From a virus (taxonomy: Duplodnaviria; Caudoviricetes), in the IMG/VR virus record IMGVR_UViG_3300036770_006429, positions 1,249 through 65,248 of that record: 64,000 nt of DNA; one strand, 5' to 3'. This document shows positions 35,791-46,155 of the stretch, piece by piece. Both the position numbers and the translations under genes were made by a program. Numbering within the stretch: position 1 is the first letter of the stretch; each line of letters starts with the position of its first letter. A model generated the notes under the pieces. It searched no databases and was not told the DNA's origin. It worked only from the letters and a program-made list of their open reading frames with translations.

Positions 35791-36438
35791 ATGGTGTTAA
35801 GCGGCGAGTTGACGAGACAGCGCACTGTCAATCTATTGTCTGATTTTATCGTTAGAAAAATAGGACACAAATCAAAAATACAAATTGCAAGTGTAAGGAA
35901 TTTTTATCTTGTTTCTGGGGAAACTGATTATCCAGACCCAATTCCGATGAGTGATATTCTGGAAGAGTTTAATGAAAAATATCCTGTGTTCGATAAAATA
36001 TTAAACTCAATGGATTGCATAAACTATATTGAAAATATTGAAACCCCAATAAGTATATCTGCAATATTACACAACAGCATAAACCCATTATATTCTCACA
36101 AACAAATTATGAGAATAAGCGATAAAAAATCCTTTGACCATAATTTATTTGAAATTTCAGACGATATTCCCATCATAACATCTTTTTTCCCTTATGGGTA
36201 TTCAAACGATATGGGCAAAACCATGCTTAATCATCTCGTGAAAATATTCAATGAAATAGAAAAAAACAACATAAAAAGTTTGGGCGTTTCATTTAATATT
36301 GAAACGCCCGAATTTCATGTTTTTGAAATATCCACAAATAAATGGAACATTGAACTTTCAGATGAATTTATGAAATACCATAAAGAAATGGAAATGTGCA
36401 ATAATATTTCAGCTATAGAAAGTCTTTTATTATTTTGA
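35791..36438 (+). CDS. Hypothetical protein with degenerate MetK (SAM synthetase)-like N-terminus
   Basis: NLLSDFIVRKI...FYLVSGET and FPYGYS echo MetK DQISDAILD...vvGEit and mfGYA. Confidence 0.4.
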   Translation: MVLSGELTRQRTVNLLSDFIVRKIGHKSKIQIASVRNFYLVSGETDYPDPIPMSDILEEFNEKYPVFDKILNSMDCINYIENIETPISISAILHNSINPLYSHKQIMRISDKKSFDHNLFEISDDIPIITSFFPYGYSNDMGKTMLNHLVKIFNEIEKNNIKSLGVSFNIETPEFHVFEISTNKWNIELSDEFMKYHKEMEMCNNISAIESLLLF

Positions 36439-36688
36439 CACCTTCATTTAAGTGATTAAAATCTTTTGTCGGCGCATAACACAAAATTTTGTCCTCATCA
36501 GATTCTTCATTATAAAGCATAAAAGCTGGAATATAATCTATTTCGGTTGTGCGAACAAAATAGTCAAAAGCTTCTGGTTCTTCATTAATGTCATACTCCA
36601 AAAACAATATGTTCTCTTCCGTTAACATTTTTTTAAAAACCTGACAATGAGGACACCCTTTCATCGTGAAAACTGCAACTCCTTTCAT
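36413..36688 (-). CDS. Glutaredoxin/thioredoxin-like protein
   Basis: CPHC active site; cis-Pro IP motif. Confidence 0.85.
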   Translation of the reverse strand: MKGVAVFTMKGCPHCQVFKKMLTEENILFLEYDINEEPEAFDYFVRTTEIDYIPAFMLYNEESDEDKILCYAPTKDFNHLNEGVKIIKDFL

Positions 36689-36689
36689 A

Positions 36690-36944
36690 TTAATTTAAAC
36701 ATATTTCTCCGTATTCTGTCTTTATTATGGGTCCACTATTATTTATCCTTTCACAAATAAAGGATATTTGATTGTCATAAAGTTCGGCGTGGCCATAATT
36801 TTTTAAATTCTGCATGGAAATTTTTTCAAGTTCCTCAAAAAATAATTCCTTCTTTTCCAAAGGAATAAGATTGCGCAAATCCTCTGGATTGGCTTCAAAA
36901 AAATTTTTGATTTTGTTAATGTAGATTTTGATTTCAACATCCAT
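36690..36944 (-). CDS. Hypothetical protein
   Basis: 84-aa ORF; promoter CAAAGATA at 36978-36985. Confidence 0.65.
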   Translation of the reverse strand: MDVEIKIYINKIKNFFEANPEDLRNLIPLEKKELFFEELEKISMQNLKNYGHAELYDNQISFICERINNSGPIIKTEYGEICLN

Positions 36945-37000
36945 GTGAAATTGTTTTTGTTATTTTTAATAATTTAGCAAAGATATGAAAAAAGTAAACA

Positions 37001-37489
37001 TTAATAAACCAAAATACATCTATCTGGTCGCAATGTTGCTGTGATATCTGCCAAGACATCTGAATTATACGCCAAAGAACCAAAGTTAACATTTGTCAAC
37101 ATGGTATTGACCAAAATCCATTTTTCCACAACAACACCAGTAGGGTCTAGCATTTCCAAATCTACATTCCTCTTATAACCAGCCGCATAACCCATACGAC
37201 CAGTAACAGATTCTGCATGAAGACGAACCCACTCCATAAGGGCTTGTGATGCAGATGGGCCAATGGGATCTCTAAATTTAACGCTTATTGCTTCCCAAGT
37301 GAATCTTCCAGCAACCCAAGTGGAAGTATTAAGGAAAGGAATTTCTGTCTCGCCAATTTTTATTGTTGGTCTGCTTGCCGTTTCAACAAACCATTCATTA
37401 ATACCCAAATCCGAAGGAAACCGAAGGATGAACCTATTTTGGCGTTTAGGTTCATAGGGTATTGGCATTTTATTTAGTAAATCGCTCAT
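37001..37489 (-). CDS. Contractile-tail tube protein (T4 gp19-like)
   Basis: EPKRQNRF...RP...AGRFTWE...EW...GY..YKR..LEMLDPTG..VEKW...FGSL.Y; TATTTAT at 37541-37547. Confidence 0.85.
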   Translation of the reverse strand: MSDLLNKMPIPYEPKRQNRFILRFPSDLGINEWFVETASRPTIKIGETEIPFLNTSTWVAGRFTWEAISVKFRDPIGPSASQALMEWVRLHAESVTGRMGYAAGYKRNVDLEMLDPTGVVVEKWILVNTMLTNVNFGSLAYNSDVLADITATLRPDRCILVY

Positions 37490-37730
37490 ATGTTTTTTGT
37501 TTTTTTTTAATTAACCCTTTAAAAAATATTACTTTTTAATATAAATATTATGAAGTGTATTTTTAAATGAATTAACATGGAAAATTGCAAAGAGTGTAAA
37601 CAAAAAAATAGTGCGAAAGGCCAATTTTGGCTTGTCGCACTATCAATATATGTTTTCTTTTCAACAGTGTATATGAGCGTACATCTAATCCAACTCCTCT
37701 TCCACATGTTTTTTTAGAGAATAATGTGAA

Positions 37731-38231
37731 TTACTCGAAGTAAATCATATCATCGTCACCAATTGCGAGTGTAACCCCGCCCAACTTCTGTGCTGCTGAC
37801 ATAAGTTTTTCTTCTGTCTCGTCATTATCATACATTCTTTCAGCAAAACCCGCATCAGCTATGTTTCTGCTCAACCAAATATCAAAACCCAAATTTCTCA
37901 ATTTTTGATCCGTGATATCATCATAATCATTGGTCAAATAATCCATCACGGCATCTTCGCCAGCAAGTTCAAGGAATTTTTTGATGTCCATATATTGCTG
38001 AATTCTACTATCGAGGTCAACATCATCAATAGTAAAATCTTCTGGGTTAAATTTTGCTTTTTTGCCCGGAATAATGTTGCCCTGTGGAACAAGATTCCTT
38101 TCCTCTTGTTGAAGGGCAAAATCAATATAACCATTTAAAATTTGGCGCAAGTCCTTCTCTTTTAAAAAGTAAGTGTTTAAATCCAACTCCTCTTTGAGAA
38201 TTTGCTTTAATATTTCTTTAAAATTGCTCAT
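37731..38231 (-). CDS. Putative internal virion protein
   Basis: Leader MSNFKEILKQILKEE; GFDIWLSRN..AGF..R phage domain. Confidence 0.6.
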   Translation of the reverse strand: MSNFKEILKQILKEELDLNTYFLKEKDLRQILNGYIDFALQQEERNLVPQGNIIPGKKAKFNPEDFTIDDVDLDSRIQQYMDIKKFLELAGEDAVMDYLTNDYDDITDQKLRNLGFDIWLSRNIADAGFAERMYDNDETEEKLMSAAQKLGGVTLAIGDDDMIYFE

Positions 38232-38689
38232 ATATCATATTCGTTTGGTGCATCGCTTTGATGCCTATATTCTTGCCAACCTTCAATATCTGGATCTTCT
38301 TCTTCCTCCTCATCCCAACCTTCAACATCTGAACTTTCACGGCTTTCCATGAAATCCCCCCAAGACTTGAGGTGAAATTCTTTTTCTTGGGTATCGTATA
38401 TAACGGTGCGGGCATAAGTATCGCCCATGTCAATATATAATGCAATTACGTCACCCAAATATTTGTCATTTTCTTTACCTCTCAAGGCTTCAATCCCAAA
38501 GCCACCCATTCTATCATTCAAGATTTCCATAATCTCATCAACCATATCAGGGTTAATGAGATTCTTGTGGACATTAAGATTATTAACCACATCTTGAAGT
38601 TTTTTTCCCTCAAATTCTGATTGTTCCTTTATAACAGATTTGATAACCAGCCTTAATTCGTTCAAACTTAATTTTACAATTTTTTTCAT
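38228..38689 (-). CDS. Putative internal virion protein
   Basis: Leader MKKIVKLSLNELRLVIKSVIKEQ; GGFGIEAL...YIDMGDTY...SWGDF. Confidence 0.6.
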   Translation of the reverse strand: MKKIVKLSLNELRLVIKSVIKEQSEFEGKKLQDVVNNLNVHKNLINPDMVDEIMEILNDRMGGFGIEALRGKENDKYLGDVIALYIDMGDTYARTVIYDTQEKEFHLKSWGDFMESRESSDVEGWDEEEEEDPDIEGWQEYRHQSDAPNEYDI

Positions 38690-39054
38690 TTCATTTCTTT
38701 TTTTTCAAGCCAATTCAAATAAAAATCTTGATATGAAATTACCTTATATTCATTTTTAGATAAATCATAAAGAACAGTATCTTCTTTGTTTTTTGGCAAT
38801 TTAACATAAATAGCTATGGGCTGACGAAAAAAACCTTTAGAATATTTTTCAGTTGGCCTCAAAAATTCAACTCCAATGCCACCAATTTTATCAGAAACCA
38901 ATTCAAGCCTTTCTAAAATCTTATCAATATCTCTGTCGGGATTGCGATTCCAATTTGATAGCATCATCTTAACATCATCAGAAAGTTCCACTTCCTTTAT
39001 AACGGCCTTAATAATATTTGCAAGCTCATTTAGCTTAATCCTTCTAACCGACAT
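38686..39054 (-). CDS. Putative internal virion protein, paralog of 38228..38689
   Basis: IKLNELANIIKAVIKE leader; GGIGVEFL...TVLYD...SYQDF; TATTTAT at 39067-39073. Confidence 0.6.
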   Translation of the reverse strand: MSVRRIKLNELANIIKAVIKEVELSDDVKMMLSNWNRNPDRDIDKILERLELVSDKIGGIGVEFLRPTEKYSKGFFRQPIAIYVKLPKNKEDTVLYDLSKNEYKVISYQDFYLNWLEKKEMK

Positions 39055-39086
39055 ATTAATTTTACCATAAATATCCGCAATTTTAA

Positions 39087-39950
39087 TTATTTTTCCACCA
39101 AGATATCCAATTTAACAAAAAAATCGCCATTATTAAAACCTTTACCTCTAACTCGCAATGGATTATTTGTGCTATATTTATCTGGCAGTTTTATCTTTAA
39201 TGTTCCTGTTGGATGTGGAACATCAATAAACTCATCGTAAATATTTATCGACGATATAATTTTTTCATATATCAAACTATTACCATCCCTTTTAAAATCA
39301 TCATCCAAAACAGTGATTATAAGGATTAAATTCCCAGAATATGAACTTCCAATATTACCATATCCGCTTATTTGCAAAAAGTTATTAGTATTAATTCCAT
39401 GTGGAATATTAACATCAATAACTTCATTTTTGATTATATGCCTTTTGCCATTGCAGCTTCCGCATGTTGTTTTTAAAGTGTAGCCATTGCCACCACAAAC
39501 TGGACAACTCATTCTAAACATCTGAGAAAAAAACGAATTGCCCAAATTCTGGGTCACGTGGCCAATACCATTGCAATTTCTACAAACATCTTGTTCGCCA
39601 CCAAACCCATTGCAGCTCGAACATTGTTGTTTTCTATTATATCTTATCTTTTTAACGTTTCCAAGAAAAGATTCCGTTACCGTTATATCAACTTTAACCA
39701 TCAAATCCAATGATTCGTCTCTTCTTTCGAAAATATTAGCAGAACCAAACCTTCTGCTCACATCATATTGCTCTCGCTTTTTTTCATCCGATAATGTTTG
39801 ATAGGCTTCGTTAATTTCCTTAAATTTTTCTTCACCATCACTATTTACATCTGGATGATATTCCTTACTTAATTTACGATAAGCCTTCTTGATTTCATCA
39901 ATGGTGGCATATTCGTTAACCCCCAAAATAGAATAATAATCTTTCATCAT
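39087..39950 (-). CDS. dnaJ: DnaJ chaperone
   Basis: J-domain with HPD; four CxxCxGxG-type repeats; C-terminal domain. Confidence 0.93.
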   Translation of the reverse strand: MMKDYYSILGVNEYATIDEIKKAYRKLSKEYHPDVNSDGEEKFKEINEAYQTLSDEKKREQYDVSRRFGSANIFERRDESLDLMVKVDITVTESFLGNVKKIRYNRKQQCSSCNGFGGEQDVCRNCNGIGHVTQNLGNSFFSQMFRMSCPVCGGNGYTLKTTCGSCNGKRHIIKNEVIDVNIPHGINTNNFLQISGYGNIGSSYSGNLILIITVLDDDFKRDGNSLIYEKIISSINIYDEFIDVPHPTGTLKIKLPDKYSTNNPLRVRGKGFNNGDFFVKLDILVEK

Positions 39951-40599
39951 GTACAGCGGAAATTATGTAATCGCTCTCTTTAAAGATAACAAACATAAAA
40001 AAGTTATCAAGAGCTTTGTTAGAAAAAAGGCAGCATTAAAGCATTTTGATAAATTAATGCAAAAGTCTGATAAAGTTTTATTCGAAAAGAAATTTGAAAC
40101 AAGCTGGCCCTGCAAATATGAACTCTGCATCGTGCAAAAGAAGACAGGTAAAGAAGATATTTTATATTTCAAAGACGATATGGGAAGAAATATAAAAGCC
40201 GTTTTGGATGATGAGCATTATTGCTTTTTGAAAGTTGCCCCTTATCGGAAAGAAGAAAAGATATTTGATATTCAAGAAGATAAACGTATTACCGTTCAGG
40301 AATTTATTGATAAGTATCTTTCAAAAAATTCAATCAACATGATTTCTGGATTAAACCACAAAATAATTGTTCAAAATTATGATGAAATATATCTGTTTTC
40401 GTTAAAAACAATGAGCGAATCAAAAAGATTCTTGGACTTTATACAAGAATATTCAATGAACGAAAAAAATATGATAAACTTAATTGTCAAAGATATAAGC
40501 ATCGCACAAAGAAGTTATCTGTATGATTTATTGGTTAAAAGTGGATATGATAAAAAGGCATTATACAAGCAATATACTAATTATCCGGGCTCAAAATGA
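39949..40599 (+). CDS. Hypothetical protein
   Basis: 216-aa ORF, divergent from dnaJ. Confidence 0.7.
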   Translation: MYSGNYVIALFKDNKHKKVIKSFVRKKAALKHFDKLMQKSDKVLFEKKFETSWPCKYELCIVQKKTGKEDILYFKDDMGRNIKAVLDDEHYCFLKVAPYRKEEKIFDIQEDKRITVQEFIDKYLSKNSINMISGLNHKIIVQNYDEIYLFSLKTMSESKRFLDFIQEYSMNEKNMINLIVKDISIAQRSYLYDLLVKSGYDKKALYKQYTNYPGSK

Positions 40600-40783
40600 A
40601 AACAAATTCCGTCTTATCCATTTTAACAGAAAACTTATTAAACCCCTTATCAACATCTCTAAATGAAGATTGCGCCTTTGTGTATTCTTCTTTCCCAAGT
40701 TCTATCAATACTATGACATCTGAATTTGGGTACAAATCTTCCAAAGCCTCCGAAACATAACCCAGCTTTTCTACATTCTCCAT
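40577..40783 (-). CDS. Hypothetical protein
   Basis: 68-aa ORF. Confidence 0.6.
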   Translation of the reverse strand: MENVEKLGYVSEALEDLYPNSDVIVLIELGKEEYTKAQSSFRDVDKGFNKFSVKMDKTEFVFILSPDN

Positions 40784-40885
40784 AAAATAAATCTAATTTT
40801 TTCCCAAAAACTAACCTTTCGTTTTTTAACAATATCTTCTTTCTTCAAGTTTTTGATTTGATTCGCAAAATCATTCTTGCTTTTT

Positions 40886-41317
40886 TCAATTTCCTTCTTG
40901 TCCCTCTCCACTTCCTTCTCCAACCATTTTATCATCTTCTCCATCGAATGTGATTTTTATGTTTGATAACTCTTCCAAAGAACGGTTCATGAATATCTTT
41001 TTCAGGGCCTTTGCGCTTTCCATAAACAGTTCTTCCTTTCTTGCTAGTTCAAGATTATAATTTATAAACTCAATTGCCTTTGATTCGGTGTCTGATACAT
41101 CTTTCTCTGAGAACTCACAAACAAGCCTAATCAAAGTATTTCTTTCACCATTATCCGAAACCTCTTCACCAAAGTTAATGTAACCCACAAGATCTGAAAC
41201 GCTTTCAGGGATAACCCAGTGAACAGGAAATTTAAAATCAAACCAAATATAACCATTTATGATGCTCACCTTAAACAAATAAGGTGATAATGGCTCCAAA
41301 GCAGAAAATAATTTCAT
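40886..41317 (-). CDS. Hypothetical protein
   Basis: 143-aa ORF; FPVHWVIP and YNLELARKEELF. Confidence 0.65.
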   Translation of the reverse strand: MKLFSALEPLSPYLFKVSIINGYIWFDFKFPVHWVIPESVSDLVGYINFGEEVSDNGERNTLIRLVCEFSEKDVSDTESKAIEFINYNLELARKEELFMESAKALKKIFMNRSLEELSNIKITFDGEDDKMVGEGSGEGQEGN

Positions 41318-41499
41318 AACATTACAATATATGACACAACATAACTCAAAGATAAACCAAAAAACAACAAATCATATTTCCCATTGAGTATTGGTCTTGG
41401 CGTTGGAGATGTCAAAGACAAAATAAAACTCAAAACAACCCATAAGACGTACAAGCAACAAAAAACAAAAAGATAAAAAATTGCGAACTCAAATAACAT
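41314..41499 (-). CDS. Small two-TM membrane protein
   Basis: Hydrophobic ORF with ATGA overlap. Confidence 0.6.
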   Translation of the reverse strand: MLFEFAIFYLFVFCCLYVLWVVLSFILSLTSPTPRPILNGKYDLLFFGLSLSYVVSYIVML

Positions 41500-41977
41500 G
41501 AGATATTTTTTTATCAAAATCAACATTTTCAACCATCATTTTGTACATTTCATTTAATATTTCCAAATCTGCACTTGTTTGCATATTATCGATATTAAAA
41601 ATGGCATTAAAGAAAAACTCTATGGATTCCCTAATGCCACTTTCTTTTTGATTGTAAAAACTGTCATAAAAGAACAATTTCAAATATTCTTTATGACTGC
41701 CTTCTTTTGTGATGTAAACACCTTCTTGTTCAAAATTAAATAACAGTTTATTCCAACACCATTCAAAGTGATTCTCATTATCTTCCTCTGAATAATCAAT
41801 GCCATCATAACCAGTTCCGTGGGTACCCAAATAGGTGTCTTCAATAATCTTGTGAAGCGACATAAAGATATCCAAAAAAAGCTCCGTTTTCTGAAGATTA
41901 ATGTCGTTAGACTCAATGTATTTGTTAATATCTTGTTGACTTAATGGTTTCACTAGCCACCTAATAAATTTATTCAT
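41489..41977 (-). CDS. Hypothetical protein
   Basis: Likely start MNKFIRW; DTYLG...HFEWCWNK motif. Confidence 0.7.
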   Translation of the reverse strand: MNKFIRWLVKPLSQQDINKYIESNDINLQKTELFLDIFMSLHKIIEDTYLGTHGTGYDGIDYSEEDNENHFEWCWNKLLFNFEQEGVYITKEGSHKEYLKLFFYDSFYNQKESGIRESIEFFFNAIFNIDNMQTSADLEILNEMYKMMVENVDFDKKISHVI

Positions 41978-41981
41978 AAAA

Positions 41982-42012
41982 AAAACCTTCATAATTATGT
42001 TATGAAGGTTTT
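41982..42012. terminator. Perfect inverted repeat / bidirectional terminator
   Basis: AAAACCTTCATAA-TTATG-TTATGAAGGTTTT. Confidence 0.65.
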
Positions 42013-42037
42013 CACAAAAGTAAACCAAAAAATTAAT

Positions 42038-43867
42038 TTATTGTGTTTTTTTGTTATATCCAACCAAATGATTCATCTTTTTTATTTCTTCACTAATCAT
42101 CGAATTATTCAATTTGGTAGATTCATTCTCCTTAAAAATGGTGTCTAATCCACCTTTGGTCTTATCCTTCCCTGTATAATCAATAATCGTCTGGGGATAT
42201 CTATTATATGACCTATCTTTTTCTTTTTTATATAAATTTTTCTTTCTTTTTTCATTCATTTTATCACCAAGTTCGGTTTCTTCGGCATTAGCCCATTTGG
42301 GGTTATTACCAGTCATGGAAGAGCCTTTAATGTTTTTTTCAACCCACTCTTCGTTCGGATATATTTGGTCGTAATCAATATTTTCTAATCCGACCGAACC
42401 AAAATTTGCAATATATTCATCTACCGCATCTGATGCCTCATAAGCATGTCTATCACCACCATTTCTCTGTGGAAATTTTGTGGGATTTTCTTCGTATTTC
42501 TCCCCAACGTATGCTTTCATTTTCTTTCCAACATCGGCAAGACTTTTCTTATTTTCTTTTCCGCTAATACCGAGCATCCTGTTTGTAACCCTCAAACCTT
42601 CTGGCTCCCTATCTCTTCTGCTTGTTTTTTTTTCCTCGATTAGTGCTTCGTAAATCATATCCACCAATTCACTTTCCGTAATGCGTTGCACATTTTCTTT
42701 CAATGAACCCACATTAAGCGCAAAATTAACTTGCTTGAGCAATCTTGAATCAGCAGCACTTAGCTTCTTATCTCCTTCAGCTTTTGCACTCAACTGTTTT
42801 TTGAGTTTAATTAGCTTCGATTTGGGAATCTTTTCGCCCTCTGGAATACCAAAGTGCTTATGCAAAGCACCGGGACGCTTCACAGCTTTTTGAATCCACT
42901 TTTCCTCCTTTTTGGCTTCATCCATTTCACCAAAAAATTCTGCCCTTCTATCAAGTGCTTCTTTTGTTTCGTCTTTTTTATGCTTTGATTTCCTTAGCAT
43001 TTTGAAATCTTGAGCATCGAGTTCATTATTCTTATTTTTATCAAGTTTCTTCTGATTTCCAACAAGTTTTTCCTTAATTGTGCGTTCCGTCATTTCCTCT
43101 GATTTCTTGGAAATCTCCTCAGAAATAACATCATCAATAAATTTATCCAAATCCATATCTAAACCTTTACTATAAATATCTGAATTATCGTTTCTCATGG
43201 ATTCCAAGAACATATATCTAATATCATCAGCATCAATGTTATATTTTTCGGATATCTCTTCTATTTTGCCCTCATATATTTTGAGAGCCTTTATATCTCC
43301 CTGATTGCAATATGGATATGTCTTGCATTCCTTTTTAACCTTAACAAACTTGCCACCCGGATACATCGGTTTTTTCCCACCTCTCCATTCTTTGCTATTT
43401 TTTGCCCAAGCTACTGGAGTTTCATATGCCCCAACTGACCCGGTATCAGTTGCCTCTTTGGTTTCCATTTTGGAAAATAGCGGGGCGGAGTATTGCCCAG
43501 AAGAAGCTGTTGTTGTCGCCTCTTGAGCTTCCATCTTTTTCAATTTGCTATAATAAGATGGGTCTTCATACAAGTGATCCATCGCAATTTCTCTCGCTTT
43601 TTTAATATCTTCGGTATGCTCCTTTTCAGTGGTCATACCCATCTTCAATTGCTTCTTCAATTTTTCATATGTTGCTTCAACATCTCCACCTTTTTTGGTG
43701 TGGTGTTTTGCCAAACCTCTTAGGGTCATTTTATCAGAAAGACCACCTTTTAGTTTTTCAGTCTCACCAACCATTGACTTATATTTTAGCAAATCTTTAT
43801 GTGCTTCTGGATGTTTTGAATATGCACTATCCAGCGAATCTTTAAATGTTTGACTTGGGTCTGGCAT
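42038..43867 (-). CDS. Putative prohead core/internal head protein
   Basis: EKEHT...EIAMDHL.EDP.YYSKL module; LVGNQKKLDKNKNNELDAQDF EF-hand-like motif; WIQKAVKRPGAL; repeated EAT sites. Confidence 0.6.
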   Translation of the reverse strand: MPDPSQTFKDSLDSAYSKHPEAHKDLLKYKSMVGETEKLKGGLSDKMTLRGLAKHHTKKGGDVEATYEKLKKQLKMGMTTEKEHTEDIKKAREIAMDHLYEDPSYYSKLKKMEAQEATTTASSGQYSAPLFSKMETKEATDTGSVGAYETPVAWAKNSKEWRGGKKPMYPGGKFVKVKKECKTYPYCNQGDIKALKIYEGKIEEISEKYNIDADDIRYMFLESMRNDNSDIYSKGLDMDLDKFIDDVISEEISKKSEEMTERTIKEKLVGNQKKLDKNKNNELDAQDFKMLRKSKHKKDETKEALDRRAEFFGEMDEAKKEEKWIQKAVKRPGALHKHFGIPEGEKIPKSKLIKLKKQLSAKAEGDKKLSAADSRLLKQVNFALNVGSLKENVQRITESELVDMIYEALIEEKKTSRRDREPEGLRVTNRMLGISGKENKKSLADVGKKMKAYVGEKYEENPTKFPQRNGGDRHAYEASDAVDEYIANFGSVGLENIDYDQIYPNEEWVEKNIKGSSMTGNNPKWANAEETELGDKMNEKRKKNLYKKEKDRSYNRYPQTIIDYTGKDKTKGGLDTIFKENESTKLNNSMISEEIKKMNHLVGYNKKTQ

Positions 43868-43877
43868 TTTTTATATT

Positions 43878-44120
43878 TTAATTTCGTAGTTTACTTTCTA
43901 TGTACGAGTAATTCATGTACATATTCTCATAAAATTTCTTGAACAACTTCAACATCACATCCTTAACATCACCAGATATTTTCCCGCTTTTAACTTCTTT
44001 TTGGATTCTTTCAACAAGTTTATCCTCAAGCTGTTTAACGGTATTGGACCCCAAGAATGATTTTATCTCATTCTTTATGATGCTCTCAATTTCTCGTTTA
44101 TCCGATGATGTAAGTGACAT
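43878..44120 (-). CDS. Hypothetical protein
   Basis: 80-aa helical ORF. Confidence 0.6.
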   Translation of the reverse strand: MSLTSSDKREIESIIKNEIKSFLGSNTVKQLEDKLVERIQKEVKSGKISGDVKDVMLKLFKKFYENMYMNYSYIESKLRN

Positions 44121-44131
44121 AAAGTGTCTTT

Positions 44132-44536
44132 TTATTTAAATATCGCAAGCAACGCAAATATAACACCTGTGGCTATGCCAAAATTTGTTATTTTTTTCCT
44201 TTCCCTCAATAATTGATTTTCTGCTATATCAAGTTCTCTCGAAACTATTGCATTATTCTCATGCAAAGCGTCAATCATATCAAGATTATTCAAGTCCTTT
44301 ATTGTTAGATTAACAATCACACTATCCTTAATATTAACGAGAGTGTGCATATCTTCTATCTGACTATTCGCTACTTTGAGTTGAGCAATAGCTGAATCAC
44401 CTCTTAACAAATCTTTGCTTACCGCCCTTAATATTCTGACTGGCAAGCACATCAAACTATCTTTCTGTGTAACGATCTGTGAAAAAGCGCATAAGCTCAT
44501 CAACAGAAATGGTGTCAATAGCAGAAATCTTTTCAT
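44132..44536 (-). CDS. Spanin-like periplasmic coiled-coil protein
   Basis: Signal peptide AFS|Q, coiled coil, C-terminal hydrophobic segment; overlaps 44457..44795. Confidence 0.55.
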   Translation of the reverse strand: MKRFLLLTPFLLMSLCAFSQIVTQKDSLMCLPVRILRAVSKDLLRGDSAIAQLKVANSQIEDMHTLVNIKDSVIVNLTIKDLNNLDMIDALHENNAIVSRELDIAENQLLRERKKITNFGIATGVIFALLAIFK

Positions 44537-44795
44537 GATAATAATTTTTAATGATGACTTTTTGGGTCTCGTGATTTTGGATTTTTTCGGTTAAAGAATC
44601 ACCAACAATCTTGAAATTATCAATCTTTTCTCGCAAACCATTTTGCTTTTTGATAATTTCATTAATTTTGGAATTATCTGGCTTTGGTATTTCTTTGGTT
44701 TGAGTCGCCATTTTGAAAGCTATAACGAACAAAACAATCGTAAAAAATATATTTAAAATCCAAAGCACATTTTTAGTTTTCTCTAAAATATTCAT
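44457..44795 (-). CDS. i-spanin-like protein
   Basis: N-terminal TM helix plus coiled coil; near the amidase. Confidence 0.55.
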   Translation of the reverse strand: MNILEKTKNVLWILNIFFTIVLFVIAFKMATQTKEIPKPDNSKINEIIKKQNGLREKIDNFKIVGDSLTEKIQNHETQKVIIKNYYHEKISAIDTISVDELMRFFTDRYTER

Positions 44796-44844
44796 ATTTA
44801 TTTTTTTACTGATTCAGTAAACCACCCAAATCTAGAAGATTTCA

Positions 44845-45630
44845 CTAAGCAAAAACAACTTCGCCCATCGTAGCTAACTGGAAAAATACATCAGCATCGT
44901 CGGAATCATACTCATCCATAACAATATTTTCATATCTCTCCTTATAATTTCTCCTCATTATTTGAATTGCATCCAAAAGCGAATCCATATTCACATAACC
45001 TAATGGATCTGGTTTATTTGAATATATATTCAAATCACCCTCTTCATAGTCAACATGCACATCATCAAGCTCTTCTTTATCATAAATCGTTAATTCCCCG
45101 CCTTGTAAAACATATTTTCCACAAGCCTCTGAAAAAGCTAAACCCTCTTGTTTGGTCATATATGTTATCTCTTTAGGAACATCTAAAATATAATACCAGT
45201 AATTCGAACCACCCTCAAGAGCAGTCACAAAAACATCTATTATTTGTTCTCTACTTATTTTAGCCGTTTTAACTTTTTCGTTCCTTTGTTCTTGTTCCCT
45301 TTCTATCGCCATTTGTTGTTTATAACCAATAATAAATTGATTGATTATTTTACTTCTATAATCTTCAGGATTAGGTAACTTATCCAATTCATATCTAACA
45401 TTCTTTGAAAGAATATCGTACTGAGAATCATCAATGACACCATCCTTATGTGCTTTCTCAAATTTTTTATGTAGTTCTTCTTTTTCAAATTTTGTTTTCT
45501 GGAGATTGGCGATTTCTTCATCTGCTCGTGCCTCAATTGAACGCATAACATCTTCAGGTATTTGTTCCTCGTTCTCTATCAAAAATTTCGTTAATAGATT
45601 TAACTGAGATTCTGTGATTATAATTTTCAT
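44845..45630 (-). CDS. Putative internal virion protein
   Basis: MKIIITESQL leader; TALEGGSNYW...DADVFFQLATMGEVVF domain. Confidence 0.6.
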   Translation of the reverse strand: MKIIITESQLNLLTKFLIENEEQIPEDVMRSIEARADEEIANLQKTKFEKEELHKKFEKAHKDGVIDDSQYDILSKNVRYELDKLPNPEDYRSKIINQFIIGYKQQMAIEREQEQRNEKVKTAKISREQIIDVFVTALEGGSNYWYYILDVPKEITYMTKQEGLAFSEACGKYVLQGGELTIYDKEELDDVHVDYEEGDLNIYSNKPDPLGYVNMDSLLDAIQIMRRNYKERYENIVMDEYDSDDADVFFQLATMGEVVFA

Positions 45631-45642
45631 ATATAACTGTAA

Positions 45643-46155
45643 TTACTTCCTTGCCGCCAAAACATCGCCCCATTTGGATTTGAACTTATTGAAATAAGTC
45701 ATCAATTTTTGCAGAAACTCAATTGTGTTTTGATCCAATTTAACCAAGTTGACATTGTTTTCAGCGCTTTCTGTGTTGATATAAACACCAAAATTTTCGC
45801 TTATGGTGAAAATAAAATTTATGTTATATTCCGTTAATTTTCCAGACCACTCCACATTATCTTCATATACATTAAGCTCATTGAACTCAACCAAATCTGT
45901 AACATCATTTTGAAACTCCTTTATGGTTTCAATAAAGGCATTCTTTTCCAAATCTGTTATTTGGGTTTCTTGATTGTCACTGCCATATATTGCCAATATT
46001 TTATTGGATATTCTATATTTTTTTCGCTTATTTGCAGGTTCTTTTTCTGTGTCATCTTCTATTTTATTCTCAATATCTTTGTCAATATTAATCCTACCAT
46101 CCATCTGTTCTCGGATGATGTTGAGGAGTTTTTTCATTTCATCGTATCTATTCAT
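45643..46155 (-). CDS. Hypothetical (late/virion) protein
   Basis: MKKLLNIIREQ leader. Confidence 0.6.
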   Translation of the reverse strand: MNRYDEMKKLLNIIREQMDGRINIDKDIENKIEDDTEKEPANKRKKYRISNKILAIYGSDNQETQITDLEKNAFIETIKEFQNDVTDLVEFNELNVYEDNVEWSGKLTEYNINFIFTISENFGVYINTESAENNVNLVKLDQNTIEFLQKLMTYFNKFKSKWGDVLAARK

